Origin: Patescibacteria group bacterium
Lineage (GTDB): Bacteria > Patescibacteriota > Minisyncoccia > Phycocordibacterales > PALSA-1337
Length of the DNA: 64,000 nt
NCBI GenBank assembly: GCA_024654575.1
Contig: JANLHG010000020.1
Location: 55,991 to 119,990, forward strand
Direction: 5' to 3'
Below are positions 1 to 9,320 of this stretch, piece after piece; the stretch's first letter is position 1, and the number at the start of each line of letters is the position of its first letter. The notes under the pieces were generated by a model. The model did no database searches and had not been told where the DNA came from. It saw only the letters and a program-made list of their open reading frames with translations. The position numbers were made by a program, and so were the translations under genes.

Positions 1-1130
1 GCTTCGTCAGCAATTCTGGCGTTGATTCCTTTCTCAAGACAAGTCCGAGGTAAAGGAAAACTATACACACGATTACTGCATCGGTAGTATAAATGTTTGC
101 CATATTGCGGACCTTCACCTGTTCTTCTTCTACCACACCCAGCACACCAAATATTTCCCGCAATAAGATAATCATTTTTTTTAAACCTTCCCAATGTAGC
201 AAAATTGGCTTTAAGTTGAGCTCCCGCACGCTCAAAGATACTTTTGTCAGTAATTATCGCAGGAACTTTAATATTTTTCCATTCACCTATTGGCTTTAAT
301 CTTCTACTCGACTTTTTTACTTTCCTATATACGTCATTCTTTGTAGGATTTGTCGGAGCTACCCCATAAGTTTTTCCCCAATGAGCGATACCTATATATG
401 CTTCATTTCGCAGAAGTGTGCTTAAAGTACTTGTATTCCAAACTCCTCTTTTACTTTTTCTTGGCAATATATTTGATTCTTGTAGTTTTCGTACCACAGC
501 ACGAAGCGTTAATCCATCATCTGCAACTAAAGAAAATATTTGTTTGACATTATTAGCTTCATATTCATTAATTTCAAAATGTCCCACTTCATAATCTGTT
601 CCACCTTTTTTACCTTTATTTGGAATGTAACTATATCCATATGGGGCCTCACTAACCAAAACATTACCATTACTAACTCGATTATTCTTACCTATTCTAA
701 AACGCTCAGTAATCTTTGCTTTTTCATATTGAGCGAATAATCCTCGTATGCCGAACATAAGCTCATCACTTTCATTTTTTATTGGCGGCATAGTCACAAA
801 CAGAATTTCAATTCCCAACTGCTTTAATTCGTCTATAACAATCTGTTGATAGAATAATCGTCTTCCAAGTCTGTCGGGGTCGTAAATAATTACAGCTTGC
901 CATAAATGCTTTCGAGCGTCTTGACGAAGTTGATCAAGAGCTGGGCGAGCTAATATATCGCCTGACCACCCTTCGTCTAAATATTTTTTAACAATTGTGT
1001 ACTTGTCTTTTGCAAATGCATCCACTTCAAGCAGTTGAGCTTCAATCGTTTTCTGATCTTCCTGGTTTGAAGTTGAAACTCTGCCATACACAGCTACTAA
1101 TTTAATTTCTTTTGGTGTAGATTCAGTCAT
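1..1130 (-). CDS. Large serine recombinase (resolvase/invertase catalytic domain plus recombinase domain), partial; C-terminus lies beyond window start
   Basis: Manual translation of minus strand from ATG at 1130-1128 gives MTESTPKEIKLVAVYGRVSTSNQ... (catalytic Ser motif YGRVSTxxQ), continues >375 aa without stop to position 1; absent from ORF track because no stop in window. Confidence 0.8.
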   Translation of the reverse strand, partial: MTESTPKEIKLVAVYGRVSTSNQEDQKTIEAQLLEVDAFAKDKYTIVKKYLDEGWSGDILARPALDQLRQDARKHLWQAVIIYDPDRLGRRLFYQQIVIDELKQLGIEILFVTMPPIKNESDELMFGIRGLFAQYEKAKITERFRIGKNNRVSNGNVLVSEAPYGYSYIPNKGKKGGTDYEVGHFEINEYEANNVKQIFSLVADDGLTLRAVVRKLQESNILPRKSKRGVWNTSTLSTLLRNEAYIGIAHWGKTYGVAPTNPTKNDVYRKVKKSSRRLKPIGEWKNIKVPAIITDKSIFERAGAQLKANFATLGRFKKNDYLIAGNIWCAGCGRRRTGEGPQYGKHLYYRCSNRVYSFPLPRTCLEKGINARIADE

Positions 1131-1139
1131 ATTTTATTG

Positions 1140-1457
1140 TTACATTATACTACCGGTTCGATTTTTAATTACTTCATCAAATAAAATATCAAACACATCA
1201 TCAATTCGTTGTTGATAATCTTTTGCATTTTCCATCCAATATGTCACATGCACTTTTCCAATCATACATTCGTCAAAAGTCACTCTGGCTTTTACATTAA
1301 CCGAATCGGAGCAGAAAATTGAAAGTATTTCGTTATCATTAGTTTTTTTCATAATTTTATAATTTAATATTCCCTCTTTGGACCATTTCCTTATGTGTTT
1401 TAGCTTCAATGGATACACTGGGTGCGATTTAAATTCAAAACACAGGGAAAGTATCAC
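1140..1457 (-). CDS. hypothetical protein
   Basis: ORF 105 aa, co-directional just upstream of recombinase; no recognisable motif. Confidence 0.3.
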   Translation of the reverse strand: MILSLCFEFKSHPVYPLKLKHIRKWSKEGILNYKIMKKTNDNEILSIFCSDSVNVKARVTFDECMIGKVHVTYWMENAKDYQQRIDDVFDILFDEVIKNRTGSIM

Positions 1458-1526
1458 TAGGAAAGAAATGCTATTAAGAAGAGCCTGCTATAAATATTTT
1501 GTGTACATTTTTACAAGCATTAGTTG

Positions 1527-1778
1527 TTAATCTAACGATTTCACTGACTCTAAATATTCTTTTAATGCCCAATCGGTTATCTGCGACATTGTTTCGTGTC
1601 TTCGTTTAGATAATTCCTTGACTGCTTCCTTGATACTCCTATCAACGCGGATTGGCGTTGTATCTCTGAATTTATGTGCCTTTTGTAACTTTTCCCCTTT
1701 AACTATCGGCAAAACTGCCTCATTGGCTATATTTTCCATATATTTTTTTGTTAGAACTAATAAAAACCCTGTAAACAA
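1527..1778 (-). CDS. putative ribbon-helix-helix (CopG/ParD-like) DNA-binding protein; true start probably internal Met (MENIANE...)
   Basis: C-terminal segment RVDRSIKEAVKELSKRRHETMSQITDWALKEYL resembles RHH antitoxin/repressor pattern. Confidence 0.35.
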   Translation of the reverse strand: MFTGFLLVLTKKYMENIANEAVLPIVKGEKLQKAHKFRDTTPIRVDRSIKEAVKELSKRRHETMSQITDWALKEYLESVKSLD

Positions 1779-1888
1779 GCCACTATTTCTAATTTATGAG
1801 GGTGCAAACTAGAGATTTTTCCATATACATATTCATATTTAGTTTAATGTTAACATAGTCCCAAAAATGTAATCAAATCAAAAAATAA

Positions 1889-1920
1889 AAAAGCAGTTAT
1901 AAGTAAATATAACTGCTTTA
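1889..1920 (-). terminator. hairpin AAGCAGTTATA-N6-TATAACTGCTT downstream of 1935..2189
   Basis: perfect 11-bp inverted repeat flanked by A/T runs. Confidence 0.4.
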
Positions 1921-1934
1921 ATTATTTTCCACCA

Positions 1935-2189
1935 CTACCTTAACGGCGCGAATAAAAGATCATTTATAGCTTCATTTGCATCGATGTAGTTATAGCTCTC
2001 AATTTCCGCACATCTTCTTTCAATTTCGTCGGGATTATCAATGCGAGCATAAATTAAACCTATAATCGTTTTTCTTTGATTTTCAGAAATAGGTCTTTCT
2101 TCTTCACATAAATAATAATCTTCTGGTAGAACATAACTTCCTTTTTTTGGACCATCAAAACCACTAACGGCTATTGTGTTTGTTGTCAT
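1935..2189 (-). CDS. hypothetical protein
   Basis: ORF 84 aa. Confidence 0.3.
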   Translation of the reverse strand: MTTNTIAVSGFDGPKKGSYVLPEDYYLCEEERPISENQRKTIIGLIYARIDNPDEIERRCAEIESYNYIDANEAINDLLFAPLR

Positions 2190-2210
2190 AAGTATTTAAT
2201 ATATTTAATT

Positions 2211-2816
2211 TTAATAACTGCCACTTTTAAACCCAGCAATCATTTCTGATGCCTGATCCTTGGAAAGACTAGCCATTTCGCTTTCAAAACGTTCTCTTTC
2301 ATCTCCGTCAGTAACATTTGTGCTTATGAGTGAGGTTAGATAGGAAATTTGTTTTTCACTAGCAGGTTCAGGTGCGTATTCATTGACTTCTGATTTGTTA
2401 TATAGCTGATCAAGTGGAATTTCACTGTCTTTTTTGTCTGTTGCATCAAGATACAAAGCATCTAGCGTTTTTGTGGAACGAACTACTGCATCGATTAGAC
2501 TCGCATTAAACGCAGAGCGAACTGTCCTTTCAACGTATTTATTCATCCTGTTTAGCACCGCATTTCCTCTCCCAACACTCAATATGTCGTTTCCTTTCTT
2601 TAGAAAGCAGATGAATGCGATAAAGCCAGGAATATGATCTTTAAAAAGATTGGCTGTCTGTGTGTCTTCCTCTATCGTTGCAGTTAAATTGATTGTGCCA
2701 ACACTTTTTGTCATTTCTCTACTAGCTGGATGTCTTTTATCTTGGACATCAAATGCCTTACTTCTCATAATCTGTAATGGTGAAAGTACACTCGGTTGTT
2801 TATATATTGTTTTCAT
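2211..2816 (-). CDS. hypothetical protein
   Basis: ORF 201 aa, no recognisable motif. Confidence 0.35.
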   Translation of the reverse strand: MKTIYKQPSVLSPLQIMRSKAFDVQDKRHPASREMTKSVGTINLTATIEEDTQTANLFKDHIPGFIAFICFLKKGNDILSVGRGNAVLNRMNKYVERTVRSAFNASLIDAVVRSTKTLDALYLDATDKKDSEIPLDQLYNKSEVNEYAPEPASEKQISYLTSLISTNVTDGDERERFESEMASLSKDQASEMIAGFKSGSY

Positions 2817-2822
2817 AATGTT

Positions 2823-3137
2823 TTAATTAGTTATTGGTTCCACGGATTTGTAATAGTACAAATTTATTTTTCGTGGATAGCGTTGAATAATATTTCCTAA
2901 AGCGTCTTTCCTTTCGATATAAGTGACGCTTTTTAATGCTTTGCTTCCTCTCTTGGGTCTGTAACCCAAACGAAACCAAACAGAAAATGGTAGAGCATTT
3001 CTTTCTGGGGAATAATTTTTTACTTCATCCTTACCCCAGATTTTTGAAATTTGCTGAGCCACCATTTTTCTAGTCTTGGGGGAATTCTGATAGTTACTGA
3101 CCTTCGGACCTTCTAAAATCTCTTTTATAGTTTGCAT
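2823..3137 (-). CDS. hypothetical protein
   Basis: ORF 104 aa, basic. Confidence 0.3.
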   Translation of the reverse strand: MQTIKEILEGPKVSNYQNSPKTRKMVAQQISKIWGKDEVKNYSPERNALPFSVWFRLGYRPKRGSKALKSVTYIERKDALGNIIQRYPRKINLYYYKSVEPITN

Positions 3138-3235
3138 AATGTTAATAATTTAATAATAATTTTTATACGAGAGAATAACTCATATTTTGAAGTGTTGCAT
3201 CGACCTAACTTCTCAATAAAATAGTTTGGTTCGGC

Positions 3236-3365
3236 ACTGAGTATATTTAGTGAGAGGGGTACGGGGGGCGGTTTGACTGGTGCCATACTAGGTACGGCAT
3301 GATGTAGGGTAAAGATTCCTTCCGTACCCGCGAGGTTTGTTGTAGAAAGGGGTGGTTTGGTTTTA
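3236..3365. ncRNA. GC-rich intergenic island, candidate structured RNA (unclassified)
   Basis: GGTACGG / CCGTACC complementary segments and G-runs in an otherwise AT-rich intergenic region; no ORF. Confidence 0.2.
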
Positions 3366-3519
3366 TTTCTGTTTTAAAAGTGAGGGACCAAAAAAAATTC
3401 CGCAAAAAATTACAGAAAATGGGATTGTAGTTTTTAATAATGAGATGTATTATTAAAGAGTTAGTAAAATTGAATATAGTAATCTAAATCAGTGAGTAAT
3501 CGCTGACATGATGAAAAGT

Positions 3520-3587
3520 CCAGACACGGGTAGAAAACCTATCATATTAGGATCGCCGTGTCTGGCCGTACCAGAGAAATTTGGTAC
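3520..3587 (+). promoter_or_regulatory. Two adjacent perfect hairpins (CCAGACACGG-N26-CCGTGTCTGG; GTACCA-N8-TGGTAC) in the leader of the 3642.. gene
   Basis: 10-bp and 6-bp perfect inverted repeats read directly from sequence. Confidence 0.35.
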
Positions 3588-3641
3588 TGGAGAACCGAAA
3601 GGAACTCGCTTAATGTGGTAGGTTTTTTGCGTGTAGAAATT

Positions 3642-3899
3642 ATGAATAATCTATTAGAACAAATTTCTAAAAAACTAGATATCAAACCAAATCAGAATCT
3701 TATTGGTTTGACTATAGGATTAATTACCGTAGGTGTAGCGGAATTCTTTTCTCTCAGATATCTATTTGTATTCGGATCAATAACTACAATTATATTTTTA
3801 CTATCCGTAGAGTCCACCACACGCTCTTATACAAAAAATTATTGTTTAAATAAAATGATTGAAATTTCAGATAAGAAAAAAGTTAATAACATACTATAA
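3642..3899 (+). CDS. small membrane protein (start trimmed to MNNLLEQ...)
   Basis: hydrophobic TM segments; ORF-track start 3558 overlaps hairpin so internal Met preferred. Confidence 0.35.
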   Translation: MNNLLEQISKKLDIKPNQNLIGLTIGLITVGVAEFFSLRYLFVFGSITTIIFLLSVESTTRSYTKNYCLNKMIEISDKKKVNNIL

Positions 3900-3904
3900 T
3901 TATA

Positions 3905-4570
3905 ATGAAAGAAAAAGAAACTATATTAATGCAAGATCAAATTTTATCTAAAAATTGTAATGCCCTTTTGGAGTGGAGAAAACAATTTTCTAGAAAAGAG
4001 TATCCTCAACATGTGGTTAGAAAGATGTTCTATGATTTTTATACCGATCAAGAGCTCTGGCCATTTATTGTAGATATTTTTAATGATATGAGTGACGTTA
4101 GAACTCTTCTAAACTTACGAATATGTGAACATATTGAATACATTGATGAAGTAAACTTCTTATTTGAAGCAAGAAAGAAGTTAAAAACGGAAAAAATTCT
4201 ACCAAGATTAGATGCTTTGTTAAATGAAAATATTCCAGTTGTAAATAATATACGTTTTTCAGATTATTCTCAGATGATAGAAAATGCAATAAATGGTAAT
4301 GATTCTGATCTTGAAAAAATAGAGTATCATTTCATGTTCTATAAGATGACATCAGATCTTATTTCCTTTTGGGCCGCCGCTGGGATTTATGGAAAGAAAT
4401 GGGATGATGCAATGTTTTTTGTTACAGGAATGTTGGTGGGAGGAAAAATTGAAACTTTTGAGGATGTTTTTATGAAGTTTAGTAAGATTTCAGGTCTATA
4501 TCTTGCTGGGATTAATACTACTACTGGCAAAAATTTTGGGAAATATAAGCCTCTCCCTCCTTTTAAATAA
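3905..4570 (+). CDS. hypothetical protein
   Basis: ORF 221 aa. Confidence 0.4.
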   Translation: MKEKETILMQDQILSKNCNALLEWRKQFSRKEYPQHVVRKMFYDFYTDQELWPFIVDIFNDMSDVRTLLNLRICEHIEYIDEVNFLFEARKKLKTEKILPRLDALLNENIPVVNNIRFSDYSQMIENAINGNDSDLEKIEYHFMFYKMTSDLISFWAAAGIYGKKWDDAMFFVTGMLVGGKIETFEDVFMKFSKISGLYLAGINTTTGKNFGKYKPLPPFK

Positions 4571-4578
4571 TATAAAAT

Positions 4579-5157
4579 ATGGAAGATTCTATAAATTCAT
4601 TTCTTGGTAGTCACAGATTACTAGTTATATTAGTGGGAGGATTTATTATTATAGGACCTTTTGTAATTCCGTCTATAAAAGATTATTTTTCTTCAGATAG
4701 TAAGTTAAGACGTAAAAAAAGTCGAGAAAAAAGAAACTACGAACTAAAACAACAAATACAGGAGAAACTAATGCTTACTAAAGAAACTGAAAACAGAAGA
4801 AAAATAGAGCGACAAAAGATACAAGAACAAAGACAAAGAATAAAGGATGGGGAACACCAAAAATACCTTGATCTGAGAAAGCAAATCGAGAAAATGCCGA
4901 TTTATCAGAGATGGAAACAAGAAATAATGAACAAGTGTGGAAGCAAGTGTCAGATGTGTGGATCTAGTAATAATCTACAAGTTCATCACCTTGATTCGTT
5001 CTATTCAATCATAAAGCAGTATAATATTACCTCAATAGAAAAAGCTTTTGAATGTAAACAACTGTGGAATGTCGATAATGGAGAAATCCTTTGTAAAAAC
5101 TGTCACGATAAAATGGAAAGTTCAATTAATAGGCAGACTTTAATGTATAATACGTAA
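4579..5157 (+). CDS. membrane-anchored HNH endonuclease domain protein
   Basis: N-terminal TM helix, Lys/Arg/Glu-rich coiled-coil region, C-terminal CQMCGSSNNLQVHHLDSF...NGEILCKNCHDK (C-x2-C...HH...N...C-x2-C-H HNH signature). Confidence 0.6.
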   Translation: MEDSINSFLGSHRLLVILVGGFIIIGPFVIPSIKDYFSSDSKLRRKKSREKRNYELKQQIQEKLMLTKETENRRKIERQKIQEQRQRIKDGEHQKYLDLRKQIEKMPIYQRWKQEIMNKCGSKCQMCGSSNNLQVHHLDSFYSIIKQYNITSIEKAFECKQLWNVDNGEILCKNCHDKMESSINRQTLMYNT

Positions 5158-5159
5158 GC

Positions 5160-6077
5160 ATGAAAACTCTATACAAAAAAATAAATCAGCTTTGGTTGCG
5201 GTGTCGAAAGTGGAGCGAGATTAGTATAATCGGTGATTTTGTTATTAACACAGGAAGGATTGTTTTCATCATTACTATTTTCTTCTCAATCTTTTATATC
5301 ATTACTGTGATAGAGATATATAATGAAAATAAATTTCCTCAACTATCCCCCTCGAATAATTCTAAATCTACTACAGACAATAACTGCTCTGTTGCTGGTA
5401 TCAATTTACATGGGACGATAGTCACATATATTCCAGTATATAGTGATAATGATTCTTCATATGACGATATGATTGCAAGCGAAAGAGTTATCTGGGCCAT
5501 TAGACAGGCAAACAATGATTCAAAGATAAAAGCGCTTGTAGTTGAGGTAGATTCTATCGGAGGATATCCTGTAGCAGGTGAAGAAGTAGCTAATGCTATA
5601 AAAGATAGTAAAAAACCAGTTGTAGGATTTATAAGAGAAACAGGAGCTTCAGCTGCTTATTGGGCTATCAGTAGTGCTGACAAAATATTCGCTTCAGCAA
5701 ATTCTGATGTGGGGAGTATAGGAGTCACTCGTTCCTATTTAAGTAATGCTGAGAAAAATATTAAAGACGGCTATGTGTATGAAGATTTGAGTGTGGGTAA
5801 ATATAAGGACTCTGGAAACCCAGACAAAGTGCTAACAAACGAAGAAAGGGCTTTGTTTTTGAGAGATTCAAATATCATATATGAGAATTTTATTAAAGCT
5901 GTGTCACAAAATCGTAAAATTCCAATAGAAAAGGTAAGAAAGTTCGCTGACGGTTCAACTTTTTTAGGTGAAAAAGCAAAATCACTTGGACTGATAGATG
6001 AGATTGGTGGAATAAATGAAGTTGAAAAATACCTTGAGGAAATAACGGGAGAGAAACCAGAGATTTGTTGGCAATAA
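5160..6077 (+). CDS. sppA: S49 family peptidase (signal peptide peptidase SppA-like; same family as phage prohead proteases)
   Basis: N-terminal TM, then VVEVDSIGGYPVAGEEVANAI...GASAAYWAIS...GSIGV motifs typical of SppA/ClpP-fold serine peptidases. Confidence 0.7.
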   Translation: MKTLYKKINQLWLRCRKWSEISIIGDFVINTGRIVFIITIFFSIFYIITVIEIYNENKFPQLSPSNNSKSTTDNNCSVAGINLHGTIVTYIPVYSDNDSSYDDMIASERVIWAIRQANNDSKIKALVVEVDSIGGYPVAGEEVANAIKDSKKPVVGFIRETGASAAYWAISSADKIFASANSDVGSIGVTRSYLSNAEKNIKDGYVYEDLSVGKYKDSGNPDKVLTNEERALFLRDSNIIYENFIKAVSQNRKIPIEKVRKFADGSTFLGEKAKSLGLIDEIGGINEVEKYLEEITGEKPEICWQ

Positions 6078-6101
6078 AAAGGACGATGATATTATAGTGA
6101 A

Positions 6102-6671
6102 ATGACAACATCACTTATAGAGAACTCTTTTGCTATAACTACTCATTTATTAAAAAAAGATCTCAAAAAAGCACGACAAAAAACGCCTATAAATGGATAT
6201 TTGAATATATTCCATAATAATAAGCCATCTATAGCGGACTATTTAATAGAATATGACGGCGAAAATACATATCTTGTGATTAATTTTGCCGAAAAGTCAC
6301 AGAAAATCCTATTATCAGAACACCAATTAACTTTCGGAACACGAACATATCTAAATTGCGCTTGCGGACATAGGACCAATTCTCTTTATTTGAATAAAGG
6401 AATTTTTGCTTGTAAAAAATGCCATAATTTACACTATCAATCTACATCAATAAACCGTAATACCTTGCATGGTAAATTTCTTTACCAACAGAATCAGATA
6501 TTGAAAATAATAAATATGAGAGAAAGTATGAATCGTATTTTCTATAAATCCCGCTACAGTAAGCCATTTGTGCGCTGGCTAGATCTATGTGGAAAAGCAG
6601 GACTGATTAAGGAGGTAGAAGATGCGCAAGCACTTATTACGGCTATAAATAACTATCGACAGCAAGTTTAG
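6102..6671 (+). CDS. hypothetical protein with Cys/His cluster (CACGH...CKKCH)
   Basis: ORF 189 aa, putative zinc-binding motif. Confidence 0.35.
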   Translation: MTTSLIENSFAITTHLLKKDLKKARQKTPINGYLNIFHNNKPSIADYLIEYDGENTYLVINFAEKSQKILLSEHQLTFGTRTYLNCACGHRTNSLYLNKGIFACKKCHNLHYQSTSINRNTLHGKFLYQQNQILKIINMRESMNRIFYKSRYSKPFVRWLDLCGKAGLIKEVEDAQALITAINNYRQQV

Positions 6672-6949
6672 ATAAATTCAATAGTTTTTTGATATATAAA
6701 AAGTGGGAATGCCGATATTTCGGTAAATATGGCTGTATCAAGCCGTGTTTTTGATTTTTATAATTGGTTGACAATTCTAAAAAGTACTATGGTACACTTA
6801 AATTAATTATGAATATAAATTATTTAGGTATGAATTTTTGTTTCTTTACAATTCAAATTCCAAAATATGGAATAAAGGGTAACCATATTAAACATCCCTT
6901 TTAAATGGTGAGGATAATGTCCAGTAATAATTGCCTGGCTTTGAAACAC

Positions 6950-7210
6950 CGAAGAAATGCCGTGATTACGAATAGATTGTTGGGCCAAGAATCCTGACAT
7001 GCTATGGTATCGCATTTGGATCGTCCATTGTTGTGAAAGCTGGGAGAACAGCGAGCTTCACGGATATTGCCCAAGCTACCCAGCCGTTTGAACAGTGTGT
7101 GATCTAAATGAGGAGTTAGTTGGCTAAAGTGCCCGTTGCTTTCACACGGGATTTGTAGTGGGTTGTCTAAAAGTTTCGTCCACCTTAAATGGTGCCTTCA
7201 TTTTTAAGAT
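6950..7210. ncRNA. GC-enriched non-coding segment, candidate structured RNA (unclassified)
   Basis: 850-bp gap without credible ORF; local GC rise; hairpins CCGTGA...TCACGG and CCCGT-N9-ACGGG. Confidence 0.2.
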
Positions 7211-7526
7211 TTTGACTACAGCTAGGGAAGAATTAATGATGCACAACTGAACTGAAAGGAATTTGATATATAAAGACGATTGCTACTTGAAAAAACAGAA
7301 ACAAAGAAGAAATTGGACGAAAAGATTTAGCTAAACGCCCAATTTTATAGCACATATACACTTATATGCTTATTTGTTTCTAGTTTTACATCCCAAGCAA
7401 GACAACCACTTCAGCTTTTTTCTAGGGAAGGGGTAATCCGTCCTGCCTAAATAGTGCTGTATAGAAACTTCAATAAACCTATATGTAAATTAGAAGCAAA
7501 TTATTAATTAAGCTAACTTTACTCAA

Positions 7527-7778
7527 ATGACAATAAAAAACGCAAGAATGAATGTAGGTGTCAGGCAAAAACTGGCATCCTTACCTCGTACTCGATGTGC
7601 TAAATGTAATAGTGTTAAATCTTACACGAACCCTATGGCTAAATGCTGGGAATGTAAGAAAAAGTTTTGTTTTGACGATATTCGAAGCGGACAATTCAAA
7701 CAAGGTATGAAGCGTATAGACCAGTTAAGAAGAATTTGTGATGAGTGCAAAGAGAAATATGGATATGATGGGATATAA
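7527..7778 (+). CDS. small zinc-ribbon protein (three CxxC pairs)
   Basis: CAKCN...CWECKKKFC...CDEC. Confidence 0.4.
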   Translation: MTIKNARMNVGVRQKLASLPRTRCAKCNSVKSYTNPMAKCWECKKKFCFDDIRSGQFKQGMKRIDQLRRICDECKEKYGYDGI

Positions 7779-7790
7779 CTTTTGTAAAAT

Positions 7791-8264
7791 TCAATTTATC
7801 GTTGATGGTCGCAACTGCCAATCTTTATACAGATATCTTTTAAATGATCCTGGAAAATAAGGTTTCAACCATAAAATAGCTTGATTATCAGCATCTCTTT
7901 CCATCTTTGTATTAAGAACGCCATCTTCTGTATCTTCAATTCTTCTAAACCCATGTCTTTTATATACATGTGCAACTTCGTGGGCAATAGCAAACGCTAT
8001 CCTTTTTTCACTTTTGGACCAAAGTGAATTAGATAATATAATTAATCCCCGCTTACCTTTAAGACGAAAATCATTTCTTGCTATATACTCTCCCCTATCT
8101 TTCTTATCTAGAGATATAAAAACACATTTTTCAATCACAAAATCAACTATATTCTCTGGTAGATACGATAAAGCTTTTGCTAAAGGGTTTATATTTTCCT
8201 CAGAAATGAAATCCTTGAAATACACACAGTCCATTTCATTAGTAACTTCTCTTTGTGTATACAT
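7791..8264 (-). CDS. ImmA/IrrE-family-like zinc metallopeptidase
   Basis: AIAHEVAHVYKRH (HExxH) followed by ...ERDADNQA; size 157 aa. Confidence 0.5.
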   Translation of the reverse strand: MYTQREVTNEMDCVYFKDFISEENINPLAKALSYLPENIVDFVIEKCVFISLDKKDRGEYIARNDFRLKGKRGLIILSNSLWSKSEKRIAFAIAHEVAHVYKRHGFRRIEDTEDGVLNTKMERDADNQAILWLKPYFPGSFKRYLYKDWQLRPSTIN

Positions 8265-8271
8265 AAAAGTA

Positions 8272-8469
8272 TTATAGCGTATTTAATTCATTTTTCTCTT
8301 TCATTAACCTAATCTCTCTTTTAAGTGCTATGCCTGTTAATTTGAGAAGTTTTACACCAATATCATTTATTGTCTTATCATCAAGTTTAGCTAAATATTC
8401 TTTTCCAAAATCTTTTCTCAATATTTCCTTTAATTTATTAAATGCTTTTGGGGATAGTTTAGTAGTCAT
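8272..8469 (-). CDS. hypothetical protein
   Basis: ORF 65 aa, overlaps next gene by 4 nt. Confidence 0.3.
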   Translation of the reverse strand: MTTKLSPKAFNKLKEILRKDFGKEYLAKLDDKTINDIGVKLLKLTGIALKREIRLMKEKNELNTL

Positions 8470-8774
8470 TTTTTAACTTTATTATGATATTGTAATACCT
8501 TTTCTGCTGGCGATAGGCCATCAAGAGCTTCGTGAGGAAAGTAATTCCAGGCATCGCTTACTAATTCAAGAATGTCGCTTAATTCTGAAGCATCTCCGCC
8601 TCTATCAAACATTGCCACAGCTTTCATCATGTCGTCATTATCTTCTTCAAAAAAAATGACATCTGCTATATCTTGCAAGCCAAAATCACTTTCAGTTTTC
8701 TTTAGCATTTCCACTAGTTCCTTTTCAATCTCTTTCCTTCTTTTTATAATTTGTTTTTTTGATTCAATTTGCAT
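8466..8774 (-). CDS. hypothetical acidic protein
   Basis: ORF 102 aa. Confidence 0.3.
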   Translation of the reverse strand: MQIESKKQIIKRRKEIEKELVEMLKKTESDFGLQDIADVIFFEEDNDDMMKAVAMFDRGGDASELSDILELVSDAWNYFPHEALDGLSPAEKVLQYHNKVKK

Positions 8775-8838
8775 AAATTAAAATATATTTACTATTTTAT
8801 AATAACATCGACAACTTGTTTTTGAATAAAAAGATTGC

Positions 8839-9315
8839 TCAAAAAAATGTAAGAAAAGATGAAATAATCGCAACACTCACTGGTACCCATATTTGTAGTA
8901 GTTTTTCTCTTTGTTTTTCTGTTTTGTATCTAAAGAAACAAAACCAATGATCAGTAAAGTCATAAAAAGATGATTGTATCGTTATTATTTTATTGTAATG
9001 TTTTTCTAATAACTCTTGTGTGAAAATTAGATGATCTATTTTTTCTTCGTTAAGGTCCTTAGAATTTATTACTAAACAATCACCAACATGATAAATTTTA
9101 TCATTGCCACCAGTTTCAACTGTAACTAAATGTTCCCGTTCCAGAAAATCTAGAGTATAAAATATTTCATCTAATTCGCTAAGAGATTTCAGGTTTTTAC
9201 TACATATTCCATTATCACAAACAATTAAGTTTAATTCTTGACGACTAAGAAGTTCATTGACTCTTTTTTGTCGTCCAGTTTTTAATAAATCAATTAGATT
9301 CTTATTTAATTTCAT
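8839..9315 (-). CDS. hypothetical protein (C-terminal TM)
   Basis: ORF 158 aa immediately downstream of GIY-YIG gene. Confidence 0.35.
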   Translation of the reverse strand: MKLNKNLIDLLKTGRQKRVNELLSRQELNLIVCDNGICSKNLKSLSELDEIFYTLDFLEREHLVTVETGGNDKIYHVGDCLVINSKDLNEEKIDHLIFTQELLEKHYNKIITIQSSFYDFTDHWFCFFRYKTEKQREKLLQIWVPVSVAIISSFLTFF

Positions 9316-9320
9316 AAAAT

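Noticed and set aside
93-740. Three plus-strand ORFs (93..299, 350..547, 540..740)
   Set aside because: They lie antisense within the clearly coding large serine recombinase gene and have no motifs.
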